NCBI RefSeq assembly: GCF_037042905.1
Contig: NC_087245.1
Location: 25,546,001-25,610,000, forward strand
Length of the DNA stretch: 64,000 nt
Reading direction: 5' to 3'
Source of the DNA: Lytechinus pictus
Taxonomy: Eukaryota
Translations under genes and position numbers: made by a program
The notes under the pieces: model-generated
What the model was told of the DNA's origin: nothing
What the model saw: the letters and a program-made list of their open reading frames with translations, nothing else
The model's database searches: none
Shown here: positions 13,151-27,806 of the stretch, in pieces
How positions within the stretch are numbered: the stretch's first letter is position 1
Layout: each line of letters starts with the position of its first letter

Positions 13151-14081
13151 TTTGCACCTGTATAACATGGCATAAACTAGAAACTGTCATTACCTAAAAT
13201 ACCACATCAACTTATAGTAAAATGTGATCAGAAATGAAGCTATTAGAACAATTCACGATACATGTCATACTGTTAAAAAGGTTCTACCACTGAAAGAAAA
13301 CATAATATATAAGCTCACATAAATCTCCATATTAAACAGAGGGAATGAATTCTAACAAAATAGAGCGAATGAAGTGTGACATGTCATCCTATCAAAGTCA
13401 GAAAAATGCGGGCACTTCCAACGAAAATTTCCTAGCATAAAGCCCTTGACATGCACACCGTGGTTTAATCACATCATATGAGAAATGAGTTACATGAAAT
13501 GAGAATAACACACTGGTATTCTAATATAATAAATTGTACTTAGCTTCCCAAACTTAGAGTACATGGTGTAATTTTACTTTCATTTTAAATATTTGAATAT
13601 TAGATTAATACAACCTTCATTTCTACATGCTTCAATCACACAATAAGAATTTACTAATTATTTGTCCAATCTTAAAAAACAAATGGTAAAAAATTATTTA
13701 TTATTCTGCTCCGGTTTAACGGGACAAGCTCCCAAATTCACACCTAAAAGGTAATTGATACGTTAGACTTTTTTTTTCTAAAAGCTGTAAAAACTTAAAA
13801 ATTCAAAATTTCCTTAATTCAACAAAATAACTTTTGCAACAGGCATTTTTCTTTCTTTTTCTTCTGAAGGGCATACAGAAATGTGAAATTATATGAAATG
13901 CACTATATAAAAACTATTCATTATTATTATCATTACAAGTCATGTACAACTATATTACAAAATAAAATTAAGAGGCAATTATAAAATCCAATTTATGGCA
14001 ATGAACTTCTATTACAAAAATAAAATTGCAGACAGCGCCGAGTCTTATCTATAATACTAATTACATGGTTGAAAGCAATCA

Positions 14082-17000
14082 TCATAATTGTTTGCCTTTC
14101 TTGTCTTTGTTGCTAGGCAAGCCAGCTTCCAAGATGACCGACATTAGGACCTTATCTTGAAGAGCAAATTCTACCTCCTTCTCATTCATCTTCAGGCACA
14201 TCTGAAAGTTTGAAGGGAAAGAATAGAAAAGATTAGGCATGCATAGTGTAAGACAGGATTGTACCATTAACAGTGGTTATCATTATGTTCAAATGCCACT
14301 TTGAGTCACTGTTGACAGTGTCAACCCTATTCAATTATTCAGTTCAATGATATTACACTAGCTTTATTATAATACCCCAACAAAAACTTTATTTGAATAA
14401 GTGAAGAACAATCAGCAAGCATGACAATGGAAATTTCATCAAAATTCCATTAAAAAAAAAAGAGGAAAGACATTTTAAACTTTATATATCACAAAGCAGT
14501 TCTATGCAAAATGTGTGTGATAACTGATAAATGTCACATCCTCACTGGCCCGTACATTTTCATTTGTTCATTGTTATGAACAAGAACAAATGCAAGGGCT
14601 CACCCAATCTACACAAGTTCAAAGTGTAGGAATAATAGTTAAGACTTTGGGAAGGACATATTGCAACATACTGGTAATCTAAACAAGGTGGTTCACGAAC
14701 CACAATTGTCCCCTGATTTCGCTATCAAGATTGCCTTTGATGTATGCTTTGAAGGTATATGTGACAATATCTAATGATCATTTGTTCAAAGTTTAAACAA
14801 AATTTATATAAAAATAAGGAGATGAGGACTCTTGTAAGTAGAAGAATTATTGGAGACCATGCATTATTTTTTTCCACAGGTCAAATGATGGCCTTCCATC
14901 TTTTGACCCTAGATGACCTTTGATGTTATCATCACCATAAATGTGGTATTACCCAGATATCATTATTACCAAGTTATAAAAACTTTAACATTTTTGTAAC
15001 AGATGAACAGACTAACAGGAAAAGTGATTACTAGTTCTCTGCCGAACTTTGTTCAAGAGTGACAATAAGGACAAAATATGGGTCTTATTAAAACAAAAAA
15101 AATTGCACCTGGGGTTGTGGTGCCTTGAAATAAGGAACGTTTTTTTACCTTTGTTTGTCTAGCATCTTTTGATTTCTTGAGAGCAAGAACACCTCTAGTC
15201 TCGATCAGCTGACAAAGAGACAGGAACTCTGATTGGTCAACAGGTGCCACATGACAACTTGCACAGATCTTTGAGTATGTATCATGGACCTGCAGAGTAT
15301 AAAGTATATTCATTTTGTAAGATTGCCTTCTTTTGTGTGCATAAAAAATGTTAACAAATGTTGCATTTTTATTTTATATCTTGCAAACTAGATGCAATAC
15401 AAAACTCAAGCATGGTATTTAAAAAGAGTGTTGATCGTAATAAATGCTCAAAACTAACATACAATTCTCTAACATAAAATACTTGAAAGCAATCTCCTCA
15501 TTTTGGAAATATAAAGTACATATCATTTTCATAATTATTCCCTTAATGAGACTTCTATTTAAAACCGTTCTCTAAGAAAATACACCGTCAGTAGCATGAG
15601 TAAAAAATGTTGAGGGGGCAGTTATGGCATACAGGGACAAATTTCAAGACTGTGAGCTTTTTAATTCAAAATCTGATTTTGTGATAGATTTTAACATACT
15701 ATTCAGAAAATTATATATCTCACCCCTTTTCCTTTCCTTTTCTCCCCTTTTCTTGGACTTGAAAATTAATGGGGGGGGGGGGGTTCTGTGTCCCCCATCT
15801 GTACGCCAGTGTACATCACATTTTCATAAGATTAAGCCATATACTTGCTGATCTGATGTTGAATGACCATTGAATACTACTATTGTTCCTCAACCTTCAT
15901 TGTTTGAGAAACTTTTTAATACCACTATTGTTCTGGGCATGCATTTGCATTATGGATTCCTTAACACTAAATACATTCATTGATTAGGGAGCTTAATGGC
16001 ACCATGAATACAAATTAATCCCTGCACCACCTAATAAGTCCCCATTCTTTAATAGATAATTCCACTTCATAAGATGAGACACAATCAACATCAGGGACTA
16101 GATTACCACCCCCATCATTTGACCATTTTGCATAAAATATTAGTTTTGAAGAGCATTCACACAAAGCATTAGTGACAAGGAGCAAATCTTTGTTGGGGTC
16201 CAGGAAGCAATGGTGGTAGAGTCACTGACCAGTGGATGGCAGGTTTAAGATTTTATTTCTGACTTCCTTTTCACACTTCTCAAACCAAACATGCGATCTT
16301 ATTTACTGGTCGCCATCCAAAACTCCAGATAATTGTTTAAAAAGTTTCAGGGGCTAAAAGTCACAAAGAATATATATTGTGATAGAGAGGAAAATTGATA
16401 TAATCTTATTTCAAAAGTATGCATTTCAACCTACCTTTCCCAGTGTGACCTCTCGAGCCTTGCCTTCCTTGACCATGAGAAGAACTGTACAGATAACCAG
16501 CTTCTGTTGCAGAGGGAAGCTTTGACCTTTACTTCCGGATGAGGTCATGACCCCTGACCCATACACCTCATTGATGACATTGGAGACTTGGAGCAGAGAG
16601 ACTTTCTTTGGGAGCTTTGATGGAGAACCTTTCTTGGGCGAATTCCTGGCAGATGATTTGACGGGTGACAGTAGGGTTTTTCTTGGGGAGCCTGAAATGG
16701 AAGAAAACCAACCTTGCCATTTTAGCACTCTTGAATGCAACAAGATTCCCATTTTGAATAGACTCAAGCAACAATAAGTGCTCTGGGAAAAAGGGTATAC
16801 AATGAAACAACTGCCATTTTTTTCTTATGCGGTGTTGCCACCAAGCATTTCTTTACACCATTTACAACCTTTTTTTAAAAGCTATGACATTGTTGTTTTG
16901 TATTTACCTTCTAAAGCAGTTTTAACAAAATGTGACAGTGCATGTATATCACAATCTGTAATACACCGACTGGAAAACTTACATTTACATCATATTTACT

Positions 17001-20000
17001 GAAACCGTAAGGTGAACACACACAAAAAATTGCCAGAATTCATGAATCAAAATGAAATTCACATGGTCTTAAAATCACCATTTCCTAGAACATTATTAAT
17101 CATATCTAATTTTTTTTTACTACTTGGTACCCAATTAAAGGGTTTAACTACTCTGTGAGGCATATATGTCGGGTAGAATCTCGCACATGGTTTCAATGCC
17201 AGCACTGCAATTGTGCGATGTCTCACATAGGTTGATTGCAAAACTGAGATATTTCGCACTGTCTAAAAGCTGATTGCACGGGTGGGATTTTTCACAAGAT
17301 CTAAAGATTGATGGCAAATATATAATATTTCACATTGTGCAAAGGATGTCATACCTCCTGATGGTTTTAATATCGACTGCCTCCTAATGTCTGCTTCAAC
17401 AATCTCCACTGCTCTCCTGAAGTGAAAAGAAGACATACAAAATTGTGGTTATTTATCCATATGAAGCTAACATAGAGCAATTTACGATACAAAAAGCTCT
17501 ATATTTTAATATGCTATACATTGCCTATATGTCAAAGAAAACAGTACCAGGCAACCAATGTCAAATCTATAATGGTACTTTAGTACATCACATTATAGCT
17601 GTATTCAGATCACCTTGAAGTCTAAGAATACCAGGTTTTCTCTGATTCAGAGATTCACCTTGATCTATGCAGATCCGTAAATACCAGATATTTTTGCCAA
17701 TGTGAAAGAAAAAAACTTTAAAATATTCCTGAAAGAACATACCCGCTAAACAGTACGTACTTGCACAAATATGAATGCATTCACAGAGATTTTTTTTTTC
17801 AAGGCTGTGGGTTTCCAGTATGAAAGCAAATTACGGGAACATTCTCAACCCAGCAACCATACTGCTCATAACTTACCGTGAAAGGGTCGGTGTGAATGTG
17901 GAAAATAATCATGGGGTATTTTGAGGCCTGGCAAGTAGGTCTGAATAAAAACCTACTGACTGTGTTATCTTCTTCTTACCTCCCAGGAATGTTACGTGAT
18001 TTGTTTGAAATGAAAACCTTCTTCCTAAAACCTACCTACAGACGTCTAGTGCTTTCCTCACGTCTCCAGCCACTGCTGCTACTTTCCTTGCACAAAGCTG
18101 GACGGCCATAGGATCTACTACAGCTGTACCATCAACAGTACTCTACACAACCAAAGAGAATCAATGTATGATTATAGTTATGTACATGTGTTAACGCTTT
18201 GGATTCTTACAGACATGCATTGATCGGACAGGATTATTTAAACCCGTGAATATCCTTCAATAATGTCATCAAACACCAATGTATTGGGTGATTTCAAGTC
18301 CAGTGTTGGTGTTGGAAGCACAATTTCCTACACAAATAATCCAGATCACAATATTGACGGCTCAACACATAGTGACTAACTTTTCGGGACCATCTCCATT
18401 GTGTGTTTCGTGTTATACTCCAGTAAAATTTACCAAACTCCAACAGCAATAGGTGAACACTGAACTAGAAATCACCCATTGTGTACTCGGCTGTCACAAC
18501 TTTTGTACCATAAAATGCGTGAGTTTCAAAAGAAAAGGATCATGAAACTTATTGAGAACTACTTATGTAGAAAATTCAGCATAGGAAATGTTAATGGAAG
18601 CTGAATTAGCCCCCTCCCCCAAGTATTTTCTGGAATACATGACACTAATTGTCCAGTGGGCAACAGCACTAGTCTCTAAAAGTGATGAGATATAAATGTC
18701 ATCTTTTACCATTATCAACAAAACAACTTAAGAACAATAAGATGACGCATTTCACAAGCTCAATTTAATGTCAATGCGTAATGATAATGACTGTTACCTC
18801 TTTGAGTCTATCCTGCAAGATGGTTGAGATCTGGGTCCTTGTGTATGGAGCAAAATGAAGAAGCTCTGGTCGACATTTGGGTCTGGATTGAAGCCTAGGC
18901 AGTATCCTATCTGTGAGATCCAGTGAATTGGCCACACCTGACAGACACAAAGTCAATACATACTTAATATAACTATCTATACAGAATCAATATGAACACA
19001 CTACATGGGATCGAAAGTGACCACTGTCATTGCAAGCTTTAACTTTCAATGTTTATTTAGGGAATTTTTGAAAATAATATACCGTAAGTAACGGTGTATT
19101 AACCGCACCCGTGTATTAACCGCACCCCCCATTTTCGGATGGAAAAAAAAAAAAAAAAAAAATCAAAAAAAAAAAAAAAAAAATCATTAAAAAAAAAATT
19201 TAATCAAACCTTACTTTCTATCTCTAATATGCGTATTTAAGAAAGAGTCAAGAACCAAAAAATATCGAAGAATTACTGGTAAAAAATGATGGGAAATCAG
19301 CGCTTCGTCACTTATCTGCAAGTTGCCGATATTATTGGCCACTTCCACACTCCGAGTCACCTCACACACACACATATGGTACCGGTGTTCATTGCAAGTA
19401 CCGATACCAGCATCAACATGGGGGCTCACCCATACGAGAAGATCGTTCATATCATATTTCCTGCATCACAGCCCCACTTTTGCTTTCAGAATTCTGTCTA
19501 GCATTCAATGTCTTGACATGAATTTTAGACAAGGGAATACGGGAAGGTTCAAGATACGAGAAATTTGCGATTTTGTTCAGGTGATTTTCTTGTCTGCTTT
19601 GAACCACTACCGGTAGTTCTCAGTACGTGTGTGGCGGTATCTTACAGACAGCAAAATAGGAAAAAAAATGCTAGTACCGGTATACCGTATTTTCAATGGG
19701 AGCTCTGGGCGGGAATAAAGTGAATAATAATTAAAAATAAAAAGTCGGAAGGAGTGAAGATGGGGATTGAAGATTAATTTTGAGATGATGGATGATAGAG
19801 AGAAATGAAGGAAAGGCAAATGAAAGAAATTAATTGTCAAATAATACCAATAATTTGTCAAACAAAATAACTTCCACGGAAAGGTAAAGCGCCAGCTTAC
19901 GTTGACGTTGCGATAAACATTACACATGCATGTCTTATTCGGCTAGCTGCACCGCGCTGTGCGATCGATTGGCGTCTGAACTTTGCCGCGATGACTAAAA

Positions 20001-23000
20001 AATGACAACAAAGACAGAGTCACACCATTAAAAAAAGTCAGTTTCATGAAGGTAGGTGCGTTTGTTACCGTGATATAACTTTGAGGGACATTTACGGCAG
20101 ATACCGGTAGTCATAGTTGCTTCCCTTTTATACCCGCGGCTCATACCCCTCTAAACGGGATTGCCCCAAGCGGCTACGCTCGGCCACCCGACGCGAGTTG
20201 AAAACTGGTAGTGGTATCGGGCTGAGATTGGCTTGGCTCAGACCTGTCACCGTGTATAAACCGCACCCCCGACTTTTGATTCTGTCCCGCCGAGAAAAAG
20301 GTGCGGTTAATACACCGTTACTTACGGTACAAGAACATGTGGTTGGGGAATAGGGTTACAATAAAATGACAATAAAAGCATATAGTATAAAATAATATGG
20401 CTTGCAAAATTGTGACCCCCCTTGACAAGACATACAAAATAATGAATCAAGAAATTAAAGCAAAAATCAAATCTACAATAAATCAAGTAAAAACTAACAA
20501 AGTAAAAATGAAGACAAAAAGACAAAAAAGAAACATAAAACTTGAGCTGTAAAAAAAACATGCAAGTGAAAAAAATATTTAAAAACTGTTATCTTACCAA
20601 CGAGAACCAATCTTGATTTTGGTAGACTAGGCCATTCAAACATGGTGTAAAGAACCTCCTGTCCCTTGGAGTCTAAGTGATCAATTTCATCCAACACTAA
20701 CAATCTAAAATTAAATAGAAGAAAAAGAGTTATATTTCCTCCTTTAGTGGCAATAATGGCATCCAACTTACATGTTGTGTGTATAATGGGTTTGACACTT
20801 AAAAAGTCACATTGATAAAAACGTCTGAAGCAGATGAGATGGCTTCTGTGAGAAATTTGATATTCACAGCATAAAAACCCCCAAACTTTGAAGTGAATTA
20901 TAGAGAAAACTGTATCGACATGATATTGTGAAGGATGCTTATAATGCACCTCAGAACTGACGTTTGCAGAAAAGCAATGGGATTTCCAACATGCTAATCA
21001 ATTCTTTCATAGGTCACCTGCATTTCAAAAAGCATTAGACAAATCCCAAGTAGTCAGACCGACAATTTCGACCATTATTAATTAGACTTTAAATGCGAGG
21101 GCATGGGAAAAGCAATTCTTTGCGGTGGATCATTTTTGGTGTCCCTTGAATAGTTTTCCTGATCGGAACGTGTACAATATGTACCAGACCATATAGACCA
21201 ACTGCTAATAATGACCGCATGCCTCTTTTTGGGGGCCTTTATTACACGTTTCAATATCAAATCTAGAGAATAAAGCACTCTTCATCTCTTTTCTCTAAGA
21301 TAATACAGAATGGAAAAAAAATGAAAAGAACTTTGCATTTTGGTTCACAGAATGCAAGACTAAACATTGGCATTACTGTACTACAGCACATTACTTCACA
21401 GGGCACTGACAAGAGCAAATCCCAAAAGAAATAAAGGCGATAGTGTCTGCAGAAGATTTACTTACACAGTGGGTCCAGGGGATGTGAATGACTTCTGTAG
21501 AGCTCTGGCAGCCATCTTGGCTGACATTTTATCCGTTGATACATCATGATTGACCTCTTTCAAGACTGTGTGATATATACCTTGGCTCTGTCTAACTAAC
21601 ATACAGTTTACAAATATATGCTGACTGCTCTTTCTGCTACCCTGCAGTGAAAAAAGAAAAGAAATGTGTGGCAGTGTAAGAATATTGTCAAATAATATAA
21701 TCCAGGGATCGTATTCATAAATCCCAAATCAGTAGAATAAGCAGATAAAATGACTGTGGGTAACAAAGTGAAGTCAAAGTTATTGATGGTTGTTATTGAA
21801 GTTCATTAATTAGTCTGATGGAATTTGTCTTAACATCCTTGGCAGGGGCTTATTCACCTACCTGCAAAGCTACTACACTCATAAAAGAAGCTCCACCCCC
21901 TCAAGAATGGTGATGTTCCATGATATTTTTCAAGTCAAGAGCGTATTGCTGCCTGACACATTCCTACATGTATACAAAGCTATCAAAATAGCAACATGTA
22001 TAGTTGATTTGCTTGTCTTTATACTTTTCAAAAATAATTTCCTTTAAAAAGTTATAGATGTATTTGTAGATGAGCACTTAACTTTTTGTGGTTTATCTGA
22101 TATGAACATTACCTTCAAATTAGAGATTGCAGGATGATATCATTGGAGTTTTCAATTTAAAGGTCAGTCGACCATCATTTCAAAGAAATAGTATAAAAAA
22201 AGTCTTTCAATATGGTCATCATCAAATTATACAAAATTTGTCATATTTCCCAACATAAATAATTTGTTGTAGGTTTAATTTGATAAAGTACCTTATGTTG
22301 CTGCTGTAAGATCTGTTTAAGACAAGCCGTCTTGCCAGTTCCCGGTGCGCCAGAGATGTAGAGACTCCCCGGCTTCCTTGCGGTTAGGTGATTCTTGAGG
22401 AAAGACTGGATGGTTTGAGTCTCTTTCTCTCTGCAAAGGAGACGCTCCGGAAGAGATGTGTGAAGGGCTTTCTTGGCCGAGCTGTAACACTCACCTGAAA
22501 TACATTAACAAACAAATTTGATTTCAAAAACCTATCCAGGGTATACAAATCTTGGGGTTCTCCCACGTATAAAAGATTGTTTGGTAGTGAATTCTATGAA
22601 TCAAGGAATAGAGGCGAAACATAAATCAAAAGCTTTTCAAATGACACCCACACAATATCACAAAGTAGTGCTGGTCGGTATTTAATTTCATTGTTAGACG
22701 ATTATTGCCAACAAAATGTCACTGATAACCACTGGCACCATGGTTTGCCAGATCAATGTTTCCTTCTATGTGAAACAGGGCATGGCCCTGGGAAAGTAGG
22801 AAGCACCCCCAAGATTTGTCTAGGGGGTGCTGCATCAGGTAGGTATGATAAAATGTAGAAATTTAACATAGAAAGTACAAATTTGAAAGCACATTCATTT
22901 TGAAGTGTAACCCTTATTGTTTTTGGCTTGTCAAATTGTTCCTGACCCAAATCTGCTACATTTTAGGGTGAAATTTTTTTTTCCCTCTCTTGCCAAATTT

Positions 23001-25061
23001 TTCTTCCAAATAAGCAGCCCCTAGTAAATAATTGTTCCCAGTGCCCTGGAACAGGGCAGTAACGGGGCAGAAATCATTGACTCAATCTTACAAACATTGG
23101 ATTCTGATATCTTACCATCTTGCCTTGCGACGCCGAGTTTCCTGATAGGAGTGGACTCGCATCGCTTTGAAGGTGACATTGATTCCAGGATACTTCTCTT
23201 TACTTTAGTTGGACTGCAAGCTTCTGGCTCTTGGTTTTCATCATTGTAATGATCTGAAACAAAATAAAAAGAAACCCTTTTCATGTAAATTATAATGAAG
23301 TATCAAACAAGCCTTCAATTTTGAAATTTTAAGAATAGGCCACTTTTTCACAGGGCATGTTTTTTAATATTACTGCACAAATGGGAAAAATGAAAAAGGA
23401 ATTAAATCTCCAAGACCAATAGATGGGCATGAAGTCAGTTAAAGAGCACCCACAACCATGACCCTCGATGGCCTTAGATTTATTCAAGCCCAGGGGTAGG
23501 TACTATAAGGACCTGCATCCTAAAGGTTTAGTCCAGCAACCAGCGCAAGAAATAAACCATGGCACCTATTACTGCCCAAGTTGCTCCTCAATACCTTCAA
23601 ATTATTATTTGTAGTGACCATTTTCTTCAAAACGCCCCAAATATGCAAATAATTGTTTTCTACAGTCATTGCTATACCTAATGGTTTATATAGCTATAGT
23701 ATGCAGCTCTAAATGCTATTAACTTTATAACTGATGTGCAACAAAATATGGCTCCCAAATAAACAAGAATAGCCCTACATTTGCAAGACCAAAAATCAAA
23801 GATTTATTTTCTCCTTGTTCTGCATACATACAAGTTGATACATTCATGACGCCAAAATGAATATTTTGCTTCAAAAATTTGTCCCATAGGTTTAAGAAGG
23901 AGCAATTGTATATTCAGCGGACTTAAATTGATTTGCAGAATAATAGTAAAGATTGTGAACATACCTGAAATCGATCTCTTCCTTGGAGATTTAGATGGTG
24001 TCTTTAAAGGAGAGTCCTTAGCAGCAACAACTGAAAATTAAGGATAGATAAATTAGTCCACATTGAGGAACACGATATTACCATAAATGTTGAGATCGAA
24101 TATTAATACGCAACATTTATTTAGTGCTCACTTAATACAAATGTTTCTAAGCACTGCATATAATTACCGTACCCAGCATTAGTTAAGAACAATTATATTA
24201 AAGTTAATTATTTGAGATTACCATGAATATGAAGTCCAAATCAGGGGTGTGAGTGGTCACAAATAAAAATATCTGAAAAAAGCTGAAGTGTTGAAAAAGT
24301 CTGAAATAGAAAGAGCTCCCATACTTTTTGTACAGAGGAAGGCCAAAAATAAGCTGAAAATCAAAACAAAAAAATCTGAAATCAGATAAAAATCTGTACT
24401 CTCACACCCCTGGTCCAAATAATTCATTGACAAAATAACAAAGAATAATCACATGACGGGATGTGTGACTTCATTTCATGAATCTTAATGAAGAGTCATC
24501 TTATCTTGTGATTGGAGGATTTTAATACATTTCTCCAATTTTTTATGATATACATGTACTCTCTAAGGTAAAAGGAAAAGAAAATTCTGAGCAGAAAGGT
24601 TTATCTACACTGCAAGTACTAGAAGTAAAGTTCATAATGTACATGTTTATAAAATACATGAATGAGATCATGTATGTGGGTCTTGCTTCATTTTGAGTAA
24701 GCCCCACAGGCCCACAACCATGAAGATTAATATGTTCAACATACAAACTTCATGAAATCATACATCACAATATTTCACACTACATGTATATACTTTGATA
24801 CTTACCAGTACTCCTCTTCCTAGGTGATATAACCCCATCCAGTCTATCAGCTAATGATATAAAGCTTTGTTCACTATCTACATGTACAGGTGTTGATTTT
24901 GAAAGTGAAGAGAGACTTTTACTTCTGCAGTGATCTCTCTTTAGTCTATCAAGTTTCTTCTCTCCACCCTTGAGTGTGTGTTCAATCCTACTCGGTGTGT
25001 TAGTTTTTCTTGTTGGGAATGACAGAGTAGACTGATTACCCCTTCGAGTTTGGACTGGCAT
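14082..25061 (-). CDS. CDC6: Cell division control protein 6 (replication licensing AAA+ ATPase), 12 coding exons, about 590 aa
   Basis: Exons: 24806-25061 (MPVQTRRGNQSTLSFPTRK), 23965-24030, 23116-23253, 22292-22494 (Walker A SLYISGAPGTGKT), 21466-21641 (FVNCM), 20598-20704 (Walker B LLVLDEIDHL), 18798-18937 (GVANSLDLTDRILPRL...FAPY), 18036-18142 (CARKVAAVAGDVRKALDVCR), 17355-17416, 16435-16691, 15149-15289, 14082-14201 (TGA). All junctions are GT-AG and in phase; total 1773 nt. Confidence 0.95.
14682..15067 (+). mobile_element. Degraded HINE-like element in the last CDC6 intron
   Basis: Starts aacaag, has a subterminal ttgtcccctg matched by gagtgacaa near the 3' end, tgacctttga and ccaagtt core motifs, and a 3' hairpin-like sequence. 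Confidence 0.4.
15589..15811. mobile_element. Degraded hAT-like MITE, same family as 38925-39185
   Basis: cagtagc ... gccagtg ends. Internal ttttgtgatagatttt and tttcctttc blocks are shared with the 38925 copy. Confidence 0.5.
18286..18477. mobile_element. Small PIF/Harbinger-like MITE
   Basis: TIR gggtgatttcaagtccagtgtt / aacactgaactagaaatcaccc, 3-bp TSD ATT. Confidence 0.65.
19082..20327. mobile_element. Non-autonomous Tc1/mariner-superfamily (Tc2/pogo-like) element in a CDC6 intron
   Basis: Perfect 28-bp TIR ccgtaagtaacggtgtattaaccgcacc, TA TSD, subterminal gtgtatwaaccgcaccc repeats, no transposase ORF. Confidence 0.85.
24242..24412. mobile_element. hAT-like MITE
   Basis: TIR caggggtgtgag / ctcacacccctg, perfect 8-bp TSD gtccaaat. 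Confidence 0.85.
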
Positions 25062-25550
25062 GATGTTATGGTTAGAAACAAACTGCAAAGAAAAAAAGAT
25101 TAAAAATTGTGTTCAGACGTGAAATGCTGTCAGGGGCTATGCAGTCGATGAGATAAAAAAATACTTGGAGTGGCCGATAAATATGAATCTCAACTCGATG
25201 CTAAAATATTCCGCACGCTAGACCAGTTGAAGCAGGATTTAGCATGAGGTAAGATTCACGATATTTATCGGCCGATGCAAGTATTTTTTTATCTCATGAT
25301 ATTGTTGGCCTCCATACGCGGCTTGTAGCTAGGCTACGATAACAAAGATGGCAAGATGGCGACTATAACAGACTGAGTAATGCTTCTCTACTTTTAATAT
25401 TTTCATTCATTGCATGTTTTATAATATTATCTATAAAAAAGGGTCCAAATGATATTGTAGCCCATTAACATAAGTTTGGGCTCAAAACCCTAAAGAAAAT
25501 GTGTGTTTCTGAGCAACTTTATTGTTGGCAAAATACTTGGTGCGTGTAGA

Positions 25551-26007
25551 CAGGGCTCCACACTAACCCTCTTTTTCTACTGGTCCAACCTGTTCTTTTC
25601 GGACCAGTAGATACCCAGTTTTTCCATTTTTTACTGGTCCAAACCTAAAATTCACTGGTCCCCAAAATAAAGAAAAACATGAATAAATTCAAATAAAGAC
25701 TTGTTTATTTTGCTGTCTTTTATTGCCTCCCCCCCCCAATTTTTTTTTTTACTAACAAACAGTGCACACATACACACACAGAATATAATTCATGCGAACC
25801 ATTTCACAGTTTTAGAAAGACACTTTAAAGATGCCAAAGCCATTTATATTATTTACTAAAGAGGAGAAAATATCATTTATATTAGTTTGATATATATTTT
25901 ACTGGTCATGTCAGACCAGTAAATCTGGCTATTTCTGAAAAGTTACTGGCCCGACAGCAATTTTTACTGGTCTGGGACCGTCGGACCAGTGCCAGTGTTG
26001 AGCGCTG
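25551..26007. mobile_element. hAT-like MITE
   Basis: cagggctccacact ... agtgttgagcgctg ends, repeated actggtc/gaccagt subterminal motifs, imperfect gtgtag flanks. Confidence 0.65.
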
Positions 26008-26724
26008 GTGTAGTGCAATGGCATCCCGTCCCTGGCTCCGTGAAGATTAAGCATGTCAGTGATTAGACCAAAAGCTTCAGTCTCTGTATTTTGGTTGTTC
26101 CGCTGAACTACGTTGGCTTCACTCACCAATACATAGACTGAAGAGTTGTTGGCCCGTACGTATAGACAGTGGTATACTCATGATACTGAACTAACATTTT
26201 ATAGGTCGCGATTTGAAACTGTTTTTAAGCGAAATTTACAGTTTCATGGTTTCCCTTGGACCGGAGTTATTGAAAAAAAAATCCTTTGGATGATTGAGAA
26301 ATCTTTCATCTTAGACATTTTCACCTACGCTGATGATTTTTCTTGCAAGTTGCCATCTTGAATGACGTCACTATCCTTATAACTTTTTAATGTCTTGATA
26401 TATCTAATGTCGTCTGCTACCTGTGATTGTAGCGGTTTGGCTCGCATATGGAGCAGATCGTATAATATCGAAAGCAATATCGATATCACATTCGTAAATT
26501 GTTGACGCCCTCTCCGTTCGTTAATTAATATTTCATATTTTGGCTGCCATTTTGGGGGTGATTCTCGAGACCAAGACAAGTAAACATCGGTAACGTACTA
26601 TTTCCACACCTTTTAATCTTTTTTTTTTCATATGTCTTGATTCTTTAGATATTCAAGACATTATTTAGGTAGTTTCTAAATCCTTAGACTGTAAATTAGA
26701 TTTTAGTCTAGACAGTACTAATCC

Positions 26725-27305
26725 TAGTCTTGAGGACTCCATGATGATTTTTTTAAAAATATTTTGACTTATACTCCTTCATCATAGAGTCTTGACACTC
26801 TTCCCATAGACGCATAAGAGACTGACCAAAACAAATAATTATTAATTATTTATAATCACGTATTAAATTTTAATATTTGTTAAATAATAAATTTTATCTA
26901 GGCCTATAAATTGTTCTTCAAAACGGAATTTTGTAACATCGCTAATCGTAGCTACGTCATAACGAAGCGGTTCAAGGGTGAGACCTACATGTATTGTATT
27001 TGCTTTGTTGACAAATGGATCGAGGGATCTACACGAGATTGGTCGGGTAAGAAACCTTCAATTTTTAACATTTTTATTAACCAATTTTTTAAACCTTCAT
27101 ACGCATTAGGCATAGGAAGGTGTAAAAATAAATAAAATCACCACCATTTACGTGATTTTTATCTTAAAAGATGGATTTCCTAGGGAAATCCATCTTTGTT
27201 TTGGTCAGTCTCTTATGCGTCTATGGGAAGAGTGTCAAGACTCCATGATGAAGAAGTATATGTCAAAATATATAAAAAAACATCATCATGGAGTCCTCAA
27301 GACTA
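26725..27305. mobile_element. hAT-like MITE with TIRs of about 110 bp
   Basis: tagtcttgaggactccatgatga...ctgaccaaaacaaa is mirrored at the right end. Perfect 8-bp TSD actaatcc. Confidence 0.88.
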
Positions 27306-27668
27306 ACTAATCCCCCGAAGTGGGCGACGTGATAACACATGTGAGCTCACACTAACGAACTACCTTCGGTGAATGGGGATTATACATGTATGTAGTAAAA
27401 TGACAGAAATTGTTGAATAAATCCCCATAAACGACGGTCATTCCTGTCTAGTCAGTGATATGACATTAATCTCCAGGAGCCTCCTGACTAAGCCTAAGTC
27501 GGATGGGAGTCTTCCTTCTGTTAAGGAGGAAGACCGAGAAAAATCATAACATGTTTATAAAACTCCTCCGACAATAGATTTTCCAGGCAGTTATTTTATG
27601 TTATGTTAGGCCTATATGGTTAGTTGGTGAAATTGCAGTTTGAAATGCAAGAATAAGGTATAGGCTCT

Positions 27669-27806
27669 ATCGCTAATCAGATTCGCAATGCATCATGGGA
27701 TCGCAAAGGGGGCCGTTGCGCACGCGCACTAGCGGACAGTCCGCAGAACTAGCTTACGGCCCCATTTGCAAACCCCGCAATCCGCATTGCGAATCTAATT
27801 AGCGAT
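27669..27806. mobile_element. Small MITE-like inverted repeat
   Basis: atcgctaatcagattcgcaatgc / gcattgcgaatctaattagcgat. Confidence 0.5.
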
